Origin: Escherichia phage ERS-1
Strand: one strand, 5' to 3'
Sequence record: PP337211
DNA length: 64,000 nucleotides
Part shown: positions 22,730 through 33,316 of the stretch, piece by piece
Layout: each line of letters opens with the position of its first letter
Numbering within the stretch: position 1 is the first letter of the stretch
Position numbers and translations under genes: made by a program
The notes under the pieces: model-generated
The model's database searches: none
Told to the model about the DNA's origin: nothing
Seen by the model: only the letters and a program-made list of their open reading frames with translations

Positions 22730-25671
22730 CGTTAATTCGGCCCGGCTCGCCCGTCGCTTCCGGGCGGCTCCCCTGGCCTTCGTCTCCTCCGAACGCCGGC
22801 GACCGGCGAACTGCCCGGAACCGTGCGGCGACCCTTCCGCGTCGGGTCGTCTGGTTGTCCTTTTGGGACCCGAGGGTGAACGCTTGGGGTTGACGGTGGC
22901 GGTCGGTCGCTGTGAACCTGGCGTCACCGCTGTCGGGGATCGGCAATTGTTCGAAGGGCTCGAGGATAGCCGATTCCTGCCGCTTGTAGTCGATGTTGGC
23001 GTGTACCGTGCTGAAGTACCTGGAGCAGGTCGGGTCCTGTGCTCCCGTCTCCGGGTCCTCCTTACAGCGGGCGTTTAGGTGAGCCGGTCCGTCACGGTTA
23101 CCGATGTTCGGGCGATGGGGCGTGGATGGACGGAAGCCTGTCGAGCGGGTCGCTGCGTTTCGGCTTTTGGGACGGTAACGGGTTGGGGAACGGGGCGGAG
23201 GCGTCCCGGGCCGCGTCCGCGTACCCGTAGCCCTCGTCCGGATGGGTCGATCCGGTTGCCCGGTCCGGCCCGCGGCCTTCTCGATGTACTCCCGGCTGGC
23301 GTCCTGGCTCCGCAGATCCGCTTGTGGAGGATGACGTCGTAGTTGCGGAGGCTCGCCTCCTCCAAGCCCTCGAGTGCCCGGCGGCGACCGTCCCCCGAGC
23401 CGACACCGATGACCGGGTCCCGGCAGTCCGGGAGGTGCGGGGCGGTGCGGACGGCCTCCGCGGCGTTCTCCGTGATCGACTCCGGGAGCTTGGGGCGTTG
23501 GCTGTAGCTGTCGTGGTAGTTCTCCTGGTGCTCTGGCCGGACGGGCGATCGCGGAGCGGCCCGCCGGGATGTCCAGGTCCGCCCCGAGCTGGCGAGCGTG
23601 CTGCTGTTGGACGCGCGGGCGTCCGCGGCCCCGTCGCGCTTGAAGCGGGGCCCGTAGTTCGCTTGCACCCGTTCCCCAGCTGCTGGCGTAGGCGACCGCC
23701 CTGCCCGCCTTCGAGCGGCACGTGTCCGGCTGCCGATGGTGGTTCTTCTGCTGGTCTCGATATGGGCGAGGCCCCGTGAATCTCGCTGAAGGACGGACCC
23801 GGAGCGCCCTGCTCTCCCGCTTCAGGATCGGCACCCCGTCAGCTGGTGTTCGACCGGGGCGTCGTTGACGATTGTTGCTGCTCTTGGGCGTGGTCGAGGA
23901 AGGCCCGTGCGGCGGAGGCGGCCTGCCTCGGTCGAGCCCGCCGTCGATTTCCCGGATGTCGTTCCGGGTGGGAGCTGGCCCTTCGCGGGATTTTCCGGTT
24001 TGCCGCCGCACCGTCTCCACCTTCTGGATGTTCGGCGGGCGGTTGCCGGGTGGGGCGAGGTCCGCGAACTGCCGGTTTGTAAGTCCGCGACCCTGGGCGA
24101 TCGCCTCGCGCTTGGGCTTCGCGTTCTCCGGGTACTCGTGAGCCTCGCGCCGCTCCGCCGTCGCGGCCTTCTCCGGTCCTTGAAGCGAAGACGGCGGCGT
24201 TGTCCGAGTCCGCCGGCATCTCGACCGGTTCCGGCTTGTCGCGATCTTGAAGCTGATCGGGACTGAAGCCGTTGTGCTCCTGGGCGCGGGCGGAGACGGT
24301 GCGGAAGGGGCGCTCCTCCTCCGTCGCCCGGGCTCCCCGGTGGGTGCCCCGCCTCCCGGGCGGTCGCCGAGCGGGCCTGGAGGGAGGTCCCGCAGTCGGC
24401 GGTGCGACCCTGGCCTGTAGCGGCGGCGCTCGCGTCCCCGGAGGCCTGTGACCCCCGGCGGGCGTCTCCTCCTCGTGGTGGGCCGCGACGTCCCTTTGCG
24501 GAACCTCGCCCTCCTTCTCCAGGAAGGAGGCGACCCCGGCGTGGAGTAGCTCCAGGTTGAGGCTAGCCTGTGGGCGGGTGGAGAAGTCCCCCGCCTGCCC
24601 GCGCCGAACCAGGGCCGTGCACACGGGGTCGGATCGCGGTGGTGATCCGGTGTCGGCCGGGAACGTCTCGATGTCCGGTTGGGGCAAGTTTCTGCCGTGT
24701 CTTTTCTCTGGTATGCGTGACCGATTTTCCCGCTCGTGTCCTTGCACATGTCCGGTTGGGTAATTGGCGACTGAAGGAAGGCTCCGTGCGGACTTCTTCG
24801 TTGACGTGAATACGGGATGGACCGTCTGCCCTTGCCGTCGCCGTCCTCCGTGATCCGGGTGAATCCCGCAGGTAGCTTGAGGGCTCCCTTCTGTATCCCC
24901 GCTCCGCCGGGCACCTCCGGCGGAGGGTAGCCGCGTGCGCTCCGAGGCTCCCAGTGGCCTTGCCCTGCTTGGGCTGGCGGGCTACCGGCGGGCGTCCTGC
25001 CTTCGGCGGACTTCTGCGGCTCGTGGGCCGGGATCGCGTGGCCTTCCGGGACCTCACGTGGAACCGCTTGTGCCGTCCGCGGCGAAGGCGGAGCGGCACC
25101 CGCAGCCCTTCCGCTTCATGTCCTGCTGAAGCCGGAGGGCGTGGCTCGGTCCGGGCTTGTTGCTGCCCGGGCTTCGACCTGTTCCTGCCTTGGTCGTCCG
25201 TTTCGGGGCGGGATCCTGTATGTCGGGAGACGCCCGCTCCAGCCCTCGCGGCGGGGATCGGGGCGTGGCCCGGGCGGCCGTGTCGGCGCCGCGCGGGGCG
25301 CGGGCCTTCTTCTCCTCCGCGGACTTCGGAGCCTTCTGGGCCTTCGGAGGCGACGGGGCGGGGGTTGCGGTTTGTTTGCGGTTTCGACCTTCTGGGTTCG
25401 GCCTGCTCTGCCGCTCAAACTTCCGGGTGCGCTTCGGCATAACGCGCCAGGCATCTTCTGGTGTGGGGCAATGGCGGTGGTCTTGTTGGCGAAGCGGCGC
25501 ACGTTCGGACGGACTTGCCGTTGCGGAAGGTGCCGATGACTTCGTCGGACCTGCTCGACCAGGGCTGGGCCGGAGGGCTCGCTGGGAGGCTTCGGTGTAG
25601 GCGACGTTGTCGAAGTTGATGGTGTTGGCGGTAGGCTCCTTTTCTGGGGTTGAGGTGCGATCTTGTTCGAC

Positions 25672-25713
25672 CGTGAGAGAATCTTAACCCTGGCCCCCGA
25701 AGAAGTAAAGTGG
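25672..25713 (-). promoter_or_regulatory. Bipartite conserved motif, copy 7
   Basis: cccgaagaagtaaagtgg; minus strand TTTACT, 17 nt, TAAGAT; followed by an AAAAGGAG leader. Confidence 0.4.
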
Positions 25714-25729
25714 TTTGACTAACTTTTTC

Positions 25730-28002
25730 AGGTTCTCGGTCCGAAGGCCGGGTGCCCGTTGGACGGCGGAGGGCGAACCGTTGAGGCCTTCTTCCCTGAA
25801 GGCCCGGGCGGCGTCCCTCGTGCCCTGGTTCTCCTGTACCGGCTGGTTGCGCCCCGAGGTGTGCGGTACCCTGGCGACCTCGAAGCCCTGCGACGTCCTG
25901 GCAAACCCTTGCCGGTGGAAGTCCTGGCGCTGGGCCGGATAGCCGAAAGCCTCTGCGACGTCTCCGCCGGGTCAGGAGGATGACGTGCCGACCGCCGGTG
26001 GTGGGCCTCCACCGCGGCCGCGGGCACCCCGCGTCCCGGGCGGGCCGCTTGTCGTCCCGCTTCCGGCGCCCCGGGAAGGTGTGGAGGGTGTCGGCGCGGT
26101 CGAAGGTCTTGAGGTAGTCCTTGGCGATAGGCCCGCCTGCTTCGCCCTACGCCCTCCCGCGGAGGACCGCGGAGGGGAGCCAGGGGCCGGTCGGGTCCGT
26201 GTTAGGTCCGGCGCTGGCCGATGAGTAGGGGCTTGTTCGGTTCTTCGGGCTCCTCGCTTTCTTCTGGTGACGTTTGGTTTGAGGGCTCGCTCTGTACCGG
26301 GATGGCCCTTTGGGGTGTCCTGGTTGCGCGAAGGAGGAACCCGGCCGGTGAATCTGGGTACCGCCTTCTGTCTGTCCTTTGCACCCTCTCCGTCCGGTGG
26401 CCGGGTCGACGCGGTCCGGCTCGCCGGCTCCTCCGCCGGGGCGTCCGCTTCGGGCTCGCCGCCGTCTCTTCCTTTGCCAGGATGCCCACCGCTTCCCGCC
26501 GGGCGGAAGGTCGTGTGCCCTTCGCCCCGCCTTCCCTGGTGCTGGCTGTGTCCCAGTCTTCCCGCTGATGTCGGAGCTGCCGCCGCTCCGCTCGCCGCGG
26601 AACGACCCGCTGGGCGGCGACGGGCGGGGCGGCGACGTGTTCCTGGACGGTGACGCGGGAGGGGCCTTGCCGCGGACCCGAACGCGGTCCGTAGTCCCCC
26701 GCCTTCGCCTCGCGGGCCGCCTGAACTCGACGGCGGTGCGGTCGAAGCTGTAGGCGAGTTCGGCCGGACCGGAGCTGACGTTGTCGGGCGTGCCGACGGT
26801 CCCGGTCGGGGCGATGGAAGTGAGGTGGGAGTTGCGGATGCCGTATTTGGCGATGGCGTCCTGCGTCCTCGCGGAGGGTCTTGATGAACTGGCCCTGAAG
26901 GTACTTGTCCTTGTCGAACTTCGGGAAGGAGCCCTTGACCTTGGCGATGTGGGCGCTGCCTGGTAGGCTGCGCGTGCGCGTGTCGGTACCCTGCCTCGAA
27001 GGCGAGGAAGGCGGGCGAACCGTACGCGGCCTGGCTTCGCGCGTTGCCCTGCCGGCGATCCCGAGGCCCTTGCGGCGCTTGTCCTTGGCTTCCTGCTTCT
27101 GCTGCGGCGGGTACATCGCGCCATCAACCCGTTGCCATCGCGCGGACCACCTGCGGATGTCCTCGCGGACTGGTCCCGTCGAAGGCGTAGCGGCCCGCCC
27201 CGTCCTCTAAGATGTACTTGACCTGTTGAAGGAGCCCAGGAGGCAGGCACCGTAGGGCGGCAGGGGTTGCTCGCCGGTGGGGTTCGTGGCGGCGATGGTC
27301 TGGCGTCCTGGCGCTCGTTTGCGGTTGATCGCGTCGATTAATGGCGTACCCGGCTCCGCCTGTCCCGTTCGTGCGATCGCGTCCTGGCGCCTGGGCGTCG
27401 CTTCGCGGGCAGGTCTGGCCCTCGAAGGTGAGGGGAACGGCTCGCCGGAGGCGATGCGGCGCTGCCTTGTCGGTGATGGCGACGGAGACGTTGAAGCTGG
27501 TTGCTTTGGGTCTGCCGAAGGAGACGGGCCGCCGCTTCTGGGCTCCCTCCGGGAGTTGGTCCAGGTCCGGCGGCTGAACGTCCTTCCCGGGTTGCTTGGC
27601 GTGAATGAACTCCTCGATGTCGGGATGGTCCGCGGATCGTTGTCCGGGCTCCGCGGCGATGGCCGGCAGGAGGCGACGGCTGGCAATCGCGTCGAAGATG
27701 TGGGTGAAGCTGATGGGGCCGGAGGAGTGGGACTGGAGCTTGCGGATCGGTCGCCGCGAGGACGGAGGGTGCTGAAGTCAGGCCGATCCCCGCCGCCCTT
27801 CCCCGGTATCGCGTGGCCGCGGCTTCCGCGGCCCGGATCGCTTGACGGAGCCTTCGCCGTCCCAAGCTGTCGTTGATCGTCCCGGAGACGTAGGTTGTAT
27901 GGCGTGACCTGGCGAGTGGAGCCCGTTTGCGGACTGGATGCGGCCCGCCGGGAGGAAGCTGCGCCTGGAGGGCGTCCCGGAAGTCCGCGAAGTGCTGGTC
28001 AT
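25730..28002 (-). CDS. Ribonucleotide reductase, class II-like large subunit
   Basis: Minus-strand segment ATNPTGEQPLPPYGACLLGSFN (about 27225-27290) matches the RNR NPCGE...CNLGS active-site region, but with T for the radical Cys and L for Asn. Gene size between the helicase and motif copy 7 fits an RNR. Start at 28002 is tentative. Confidence 0.45.
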
Positions 28003-28049
28003 TGTTCCTTCAGGGCCGCGGCGATCCGGTTCGATGGCCTCGCGGAAGG

Positions 28050-29306
28050 ACTCGCCGCTGCCGCGGTACTTCTGGGCGTGTAGTTCTTGTGAGTAGGGTA
28101 CTTGAGGACCTGTTGTGAGTCTCCTGAAGGGTTGAGGGCTTTCTATCGTGTTGTTGCTCCTGTTCTTGGGTAGGCTGGTGAACGAGGTCGATGTGTTCCG
28201 CGGCCCGGGTAATGGCGGTGTATGCCCCTTTCCTTCCGGTCCTTCCCGTACCCCTGTCCGGGCCTGGCGGACGTTGTTCCTTCGGGAGCCCTGCGACTTG
28301 TGGACGGTGAGCGGCTGCCCGTCGAACTCCTCCGCGTCCTCCGCTCCCAAGATTCGCTTGTTGCCGTGGAAGTAGTGGGGGTGGGCGCTGACTTCGACCT
28401 TCGCGCCGTCCTCGCCTTCGATGTCCTTTACGGTCGCCGCTGTCGAAGATCGTGTCGCGGCGGACCTTCCGGCTGGCCGTTGAGGCCTGCCCGTGGTTGT
28501 TGCGGAGGTGCCGCTCGTCGCCTTCCTGGGTGGGCGTCTGTCCGCCCGAGGAGTTCCCGGGTACGTCCGTTGCTCGTGATTCTCGTGGCGTCCTGCCGGG
28601 TCAGGAGCCCTTGGCGGTGGAGGTACCATGTCCCGCAGTTCTTCGCGCTGTGGTGGCGGTGGGAATTTGTGGCTGGTCCGTAGTCGCCGGGGCGGAGGCG
28701 CGGCCCTCGCGGACCTCCTTGGAGGTCCGGAACGATCGGGTTGTCCTGGGCCTGGCGGTGAATCTCCGTGAGGATGTCGGGCTTGTTCTTGAAGAAAGGG
28801 CGCTGCCCGGCGGGAGCTGTCCGGGATCGCCTGGTGAGGATCGGTGCCGAAGCCAGGCCCTCCTCCCGCCGTCGGTTGCGGAGATTTGCGAGCGTGGCCT
28901 CGAACCAGGGGCGACTCCGCGTTGAGCTGGAAGGTCGGGCGGGCGAGGTCGATCTGCTCCGCCTTGATCGCCGCAATCGACCTTCGCGAGGGTTTCCGGG
29001 ACGGGCTTGTGAAGTGAAGAGCCGCGCCCGCTCCGCTTGGAGTTCCTTCTGGTGCTGCTGCGACTTGTCCTTGGGCGTGTAGATGAGCTTGTGAATGGGT
29101 TCCGTTGGTCGCCCCGGACTTCGTGAGGACGTGAGCGGCCTTGCCGGTGTAGGCGGCGAAGTGCCGGACCGTCGACGGTCGCGGCGAGGTGTTTGGCCGG
29201 GTGGTCTTGCCGGTTCCGGCGTACCCGGCGAGCTGGAAGGCGGGCTTGTCCCGGGTCTTGAGCGATGCTGCCCGGTTGGCGCGGTCCGCCGTTGCGGACT
29301 CCGTCA
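28050..29306 (-). CDS. RecD/Dda-like SF1B DNA helicase
   Basis: GGAG, 7 nt, ATG at 29306; Walker A AGYAGTGKTT, motif Ia AYTGKAAHVL, TIHKLIYTPK (reached only after a +1 shift at a CCC run), ILTEIHRQ, LTVHKSQGS, AYTAITRAAEHIDLV; at least three frame changes. Confidence 0.6.
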
Positions 29307-29324
29307 TGACCGTTCTCCGTTTCT

Positions 29325-29357
29325 GATGAAAAGAAGGGGGGCCCTTGAAGGCCCCCT
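29325..29357 (-). terminator. Rho-independent terminator-like hairpin just upstream of the helicase RBS
   Basis: Minus strand GGGGGCC-ttcaag-GGCCCCC followed by TTCTTTTCATC, then GGAGAACGGTCATG. Confidence 0.45.
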
Positions 29358-29360
29358 GAA

Positions 29361-30690
29361 GGTACGGCCCGAGGGCGGGCCGTCCGGGCTGGTCCTCCCG
29401 GTGGAATCGGGTCCGGCTTGCCGCCGCCTGCGCCTGGGCTTCTTCGTCCGCGAGCCCGGAGCCTGCGAACGGGCGCGCGGGCCTCGCCCTGCTCGATCGT
29501 CGATTCGATGTTCGGCGGATGGAACCTGCGGTTGTGGGCAGGAGGTGAGCCTGCTGGGCGTTCTCGCCGTCGAAGGCGATGGCGTCCCGTTGAAGAACTG
29601 GCCCTTGTCGTTCTCGCTTGCGGTCTTGAGGCGGTAGCGGTGGGCGAACCTGCGGAGCCGGAATGCGGCGACCGTCCGGCGGAATCTGGATGGCTTGGCC
29701 TTGGTCCTTCCTGCCCTTGCACTTCTTGATCTTCGTGGAGCTGAAGGCCGGTGACCGCTTCCAGGCGTTGCCGTGGTCGTTGCGCGATGCCGGCTGGCGC
29801 AAGGTTTCGATCCTGGCTCGTCGCCGTCCGGGGTGCTGCAGCTGCCGTGCCCCGAGGACGCGGCCTTGGCGGGTTCACCAGGTCGCCGTCGACTTCGTGG
29901 ATGCCCGCAAACCGCCGCCCGCATCGCGTGGGCTTCCACGCCACGTACACGTGCCGGGTGGTCGCCGGGACGAGTGGACGCCCTTGGCCGTCCCGGCTTC
30001 GCCGGTCCCGGTGTTGGATCATGCCCTGGTGGTGCTGTCGTTCTCCTGGAGCTGCGGGCTGAGGGCCTGAGAATCTGGAGGAACGGGATGCTGTAGTCAT
30101 TGCTGGTCTGGCTCTCGAAAACCCGCGCGCCCGCGTAGTGGTGCGTGCCTGGCCTCTGCGGTTGCGGTGTTCTGTTCCTTCAGCCCGAGGTCGGTGGTCT
30201 TGCTATCGGTCTTCTGGCGGTTACAGGCTCCTTCGGTTCGATGTGAGCGGGTCGATTGGGCCCCCGGTCGAATAGCCCTGCCGTTCCTGCCGGTGTACCC
30301 GCGTCCCGCGGGGCGGTTCGGCTCGGGAGGAAGGCCCGGGGCCGTCCTCCTTCCTGGTTTGTTCTTCGATCTTGGACGTGCTGACGATGGACCCAGGTGT
30401 CGGGGGACTTCCTCGCCTTGCGTGGCCCTCGCGGACGAAAGCGGTAGGGTTGAAGGATGGACGCTGGCGTTGTCGCCGCCTCGAACTCGTCCGCGAGACG
30501 CTGGCGGTTCGCTGCCTTCTGCCCCTCGCCCTTGCCGAAGGCGACGGTGACCCGCGCTCGATCATCGCGGCGCGGCCGTTCTGCTCGAGCCGGCGAAGGC
30601 GAGCGGGGCCTTGGCCTTCGGGATGCTGGCGCGGATCGTCTCGTCGGGTTTGATCTTCTGGCGGTGGTGGTCTTGAGCTGCCAAGTTGCG
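29361..30690 (-). CDS. Hypothetical protein(s)
   Basis: Protein-like minus-strand segments (VTVAFGKGEGQKAANRQRLADEFEAATTPASILQPY; AHRYRLKTASENDKGQFF) in alternating frames; boundaries unresolved. Confidence 0.3.
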
Positions 30691-30702
30691 CCGATCTGGT
30701 CC

Positions 30703-30887
30703 TTAGTTTGTACCCTGGCGCTCCGCGATGTCGCGGAGTTCTTCGCGGGCCTTGTCGAGTTGGGCTTCGAGGTCTGCGACCTTCGACTGGGCGCCTGTTG
30801 TTCGGCCTGCTGAGCGAGTTGGTCCTGGCTTGTCGCCGGCGGTCTGAGGTTGGACATAGTCCAGGTATGCGTTTTCACTTGAGGCAT
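30703..30887 (-). CDS. Small coiled-coil-like protein (about 61 aa)
   Basis: Motif copy 8, leader, GGAGAA, then ATG at 30887; MPQVKTHTWTMSNLRPPATSQDQLAQQAEQQ...QSKVADLEAQLDKAREELRDIAERQGTN ending at TAA 30703; length implies one indel. Confidence 0.45.
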
Positions 30888-30925
30888 GTGGTTCTCCGTT
30901 TCTTCGGTAGAGGGGTATCCCAATT

Positions 30926-30966
30926 GCTGAAGAAGTATAGCCGGTTGTTCGGAAGAAGTAAAGAGG
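30926..30966 (-). promoter_or_regulatory. Bipartite conserved motif, copy 8, with promoter-leader-RBS-ATG arrangement
   Basis: gctgaagaagtatagccggttgttcggaagaagtaaagagg; minus strand TTTACT (30957-30962), exact 17 nt spacer, TATACT (30934-30939), then about 40 nt leader, GGAGAA (30892-30897) and ATG at 30887. Confidence 0.55.
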
Positions 30967-32947
30967 CCCAGGCGTCCACCGCGATGTAGCGTTGGTCCTT
31001 GCCGCTCCCTTAGCAGGGACGTCCCGTCGTTGGCGTCCGCGGCGATGGCGACGGCGAACCGATTGGGTACCGGATCGCCCGAGGCGAGGTGGTCCCCCGG
31101 CCCGAAGTCGGCCCGCTTTCTCCTCGGGCCGGTCATTCGGCTCCGGGCGGAAGGGGCCGCGGTCGGGCGGCGGGCACCGGCCTTCCCCAACTCCTCCGCC
31201 GGCGAGGTTGAATTTGGGCTCGAACCGCTGCTCGTCGCGGTCCCTGCGGTGTTGGTCTGTACAAATACACGGCTCGGGGTAGTCGTCACAACCTGTCTTT
31301 GAGGCGGTCGCCGGTGATCTGGCTCGCCCGTCCAATTCGTTTCGGCTTTCCCCTTCCCTTCCCCGGAGTCCTGCGCCCAGGTCGATGCACCTGCCCGTTG
31401 TTGGTCTGTCCGATCCGGTGGGCGCGGTCCTCCGACTGGAGGCGGTCGTTTGGCTTGAAGCTGTTGGAATAATAAAATGACCTGCTCTGGCTGTGGTCGG
31501 GTGCCGGTGCTGCGTCGCCCCCGCCGCGGGGTTGCCCTTTAGCCTCGCGGGCCCGCTCCTCCGGCGGACGGCCTCGCGCCCTGGACCCTGCCCGTTGTGG
31601 GCAGCGGGCGCTCGCCCTGGAACCGGGCCTCGGCGTCCGCCCGCTCGTCGTTCGTTTCCTGCCCTGCGGCGGACCGCGCCGACGCCGCGCTCGCGGAGGG
31701 CGTCCATTTGGTGATGTCCGCTTCTGGAACCGGGCCCGGTCATCGCCTTGCGCCGGACTCCGACGGTTCCGGGGTGTCGGTGACGGCTCGGCCCCGGGAT
31801 TGTGTACCCGGGTTCCGCTTCGTCGTCGGTCGGGAGGTAGCTGGCGTGATCTGCTGGAGGCGGAGGAGCCGGGTGATGGCGAGGGCGGCGATGACCGGGG
31901 CGGTGCCCTCCGCGCCCTGTCGGGGCGTCTCCTGGTCGGTGGGTAGACGAAGCCGTTGAAATTTTTTACCGCCGTTTGCCCGGTGCCGGGCGTCCGGCGA
32001 CGGCTCCGCGGCGACCGCTTCCGCGTCCCGAAACCCGGCCCGTTCCGCCCTGTCGATGACCTGTTGGTGCTGGTGAGAACCTGCTTGCCCTGCTCCGGTC
32101 GTCGGGAGAACCGCTTGCTGGACCTGCTTCGGCGGGAGGTCGAGCACCCTTCCTTCGTGACCTGGGAGGAGACGGGCTGGAGGAGGCTGTTCGGGTGTCC
32201 AGGCGGCGATAGCCCTCTGCGTCGGGTCTGTTGCCGTCGTTCTTCTTGGTCTTGGGGTTGAAGGCGGTCGGGTTCTGCTTCTTCCAGATGCCGAAGTGCT
32301 GCTTGAACTCCGTGAGGTCCCTGCTGGTCTCGTTCCGTAGTTGTTGGTTTAAAACTCCATCTGGCTGTAGGCGTCGAAGGGTCCCGAGGGTTCCGCAGTC
32401 CCGGTCGGTGATCGCCCTGAATGGCGCGTACTTCGCGGAGCGGAGGATGGACTTGGGGTGCGCTCCGCGGTCGGGGTCTTGATGCAGTGCGCCTGTCCCG
32501 GACGTAGGAGGCGGCGCTTGTCGAAGAAGTTGGTTGGCGCCCGCTTCCCGGAGGTGGTGGTGAAGGCTTCAGGCGATGGTGGAGCCTGGCGAAGCCCTTG
32601 TGCTCGATGACGGCCTTGACCGCCTGGCTTGTGCCGCTTGGTGTCGGCCTTCGGGCTCTGGTAGTGGAAGGCCCGGGACGTGCTTGATCGCCTGCTTCGG
32701 GTACGTGGTCCGGGATTCCCTTCTGTCCCTGTTGCGGTGCACGCCTGTTCGGGGCGACACCAGCACGCCGTCCGATGAGCCCGCGGAGCCTGGCCAGCAG
32801 TGCGGTGTCGATGGCTGCTTGGACTTGCCGGTGCCCTGTTCCCGGAAGATCGCGCGGGCTTCTTCTTCGCGGAGCGTGCCGCCCTCGCGCTGGTGGTTGA
32901 AGGGTTCGGCTTGAAGGGGTATTCGGGGCGGCTCCGCTTCGGTGATG

Positions 32948-33060
32948 CCCGGAAGTATAGCCCGCTGGGCGGCGAAGGCGAGCGGAGAATCGGGTGCGCT
33001 TGGGACGGGGCCCTGGCGCTCACTTCGTGTGCTGAAGAAGTATGAAGTGGAGTAAGCGTG
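32948..33060 (-). promoter_or_regulatory. Cluster of degenerate motif copies at the left edge of the 33 kb hub
   Basis: ggaagtatag (32951-32960) and gaagaagtatgaagtggagtaagc (33035-33058). Confidence 0.3.
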
Positions 33061-33287
33061 GAAGCCCTGCGGGCTGGGGGTTTATATTCTTCTTCTTCTT
33101 CTCTTAACTCACTCAACTACTTACCTTAAACCCCGCACGGCCTCCGAAACCTAGCAAACGGTCGTGTCGCCTCCCTGGTGGGGTCCCGGCGATTTATCGG
33201 GCGAAGTAGAACTGAACTGGAGAAGTGAAGTAACCTAGCGGGAGGGTCGGAGCTGTTACGGCGCTGGGCTTTCCATGGCGCTTGGGG

Positions 33288-33316
33288 TCTACTTCTTCGG
33301 GCGTGAAGGTAATATT
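33288..33316 (+). promoter_or_regulatory. Motif-like element in opposite orientation (possible rightward promoter)
   Basis: tctacttcttcgggcgtgaaggtaatat: TCTACT, about 16 nt, TAATAT on the plus strand. Confidence 0.3.

Noticed and set aside
33061-33105. GCCC-TGC-GGGC hairpin followed by a T-rich run, a possible terminator
   Set aside because: Stem is only 4 bp and the T-run is interrupted by C; more simply explained as part of the palindromic motif hub.
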